This document shows, piece after piece, positions 21,030-21,346 of a DNA stretch of 21,346 nucleotides. Both the position numbers and the translations under genes were made by a program. The notes beneath the pieces are model-generated. The model made no database searches. It was not told the DNA's origin and saw nothing but the letters and a program-made list of their open reading frames with translations. This DNA is from Octopus sinensis (Eukaryota). The DNA lies in contig NW_021823746.1 of assembly GCF_006345805.1 (NCBI RefSeq), positions 1-21,346 on the forward strand. Direction: 5' to 3'. Each line of letters opens with the position of its first letter. Position 1 is the stretch's first letter.

Positions 21030-21346
21030 TTCCACATATAATCATCAGTGATATCACAGTTGTCGCTTGAAGACAGTAAGGGTAAATAAAACAATCGAAT
21101 GAATTTTACGCCGTTAGGAAGAAAATCGAACGAACAATTTCGGACACTATCCTTCTTCAGAGACAGAAAATATAGAGGAGTGCTGCCGGTTATATTAAAT
21201 TACTATTGAGGAAGTCAATGAAAGCAGAAGTGTGACATGGCGTAGTCGTTGCAAAGCAAGATATCGGGGAGATGAATGAAAGTTTTGTGTGAATGTTATT
21301 AATGTTTGTACAATGGGAAAGAAAGTAGTTTGTGGAAGATATGACA
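21030..21346 (-). mobile_element. Possible Penelope-like pLTR remnant running off the window edge
   Basis: Pyrimidine-rich minus strand containing a hammerhead-like core at 21138-21160, in the same layout as 353-546. The left boundary is uncertain. Confidence 0.4.
21138..21160 (-). ncRNA. Hammerhead-ribozyme-like core
   Basis: Minus strand: CTGAAGA-a-GGA(tagtg)TCC-GAAA. It has the canonical CUGANGA and GAAA boxes with a 3-bp stem II, but no convincing stem I partner in this copy. Confidence 0.5.

Noticed and set aside
1-21346. CRISPR array, operon or other prokaryotic/phage system
   Set aside because: No regularly spaced repeat-spacer units and no gene-dense coding; the composition is typical of a repeat-rich animal genome.

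Overview
Eukaryotic, very AT-rich, microsatellite-saturated DNA. The repeat families and the microsatellite density point to an octopod cephalopod (Octopus-like) intron or intergenic region; this is inferred from recalled repeat sequences, not a database search. No intact protein-coding gene, RNA gene or prokaryotic system is supportable. Almost all ORF-track entries are translations of (TA)n, (CA)n or trinucleotide repeats. The window is a retroposon graveyard. It holds at least three tRNA-derived SINE families (called A, B, C here; one B and one C copy have exact 18-bp and 12-bp target-site duplications, TSDs) and a 3' fragment of a CR1-group LINE whose tail is homologous to the SINE-A tail. 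It also holds a 410-bp TSD-flanked non-autonomous RTE-like element and three Penelope-like element (PLE) remnants carrying hammerhead-ribozyme-like motifs, one with a GIY-YIG fragment and an inverted terminal segment. The most interesting signals are the modular relationships among these elements, not a new gene system.
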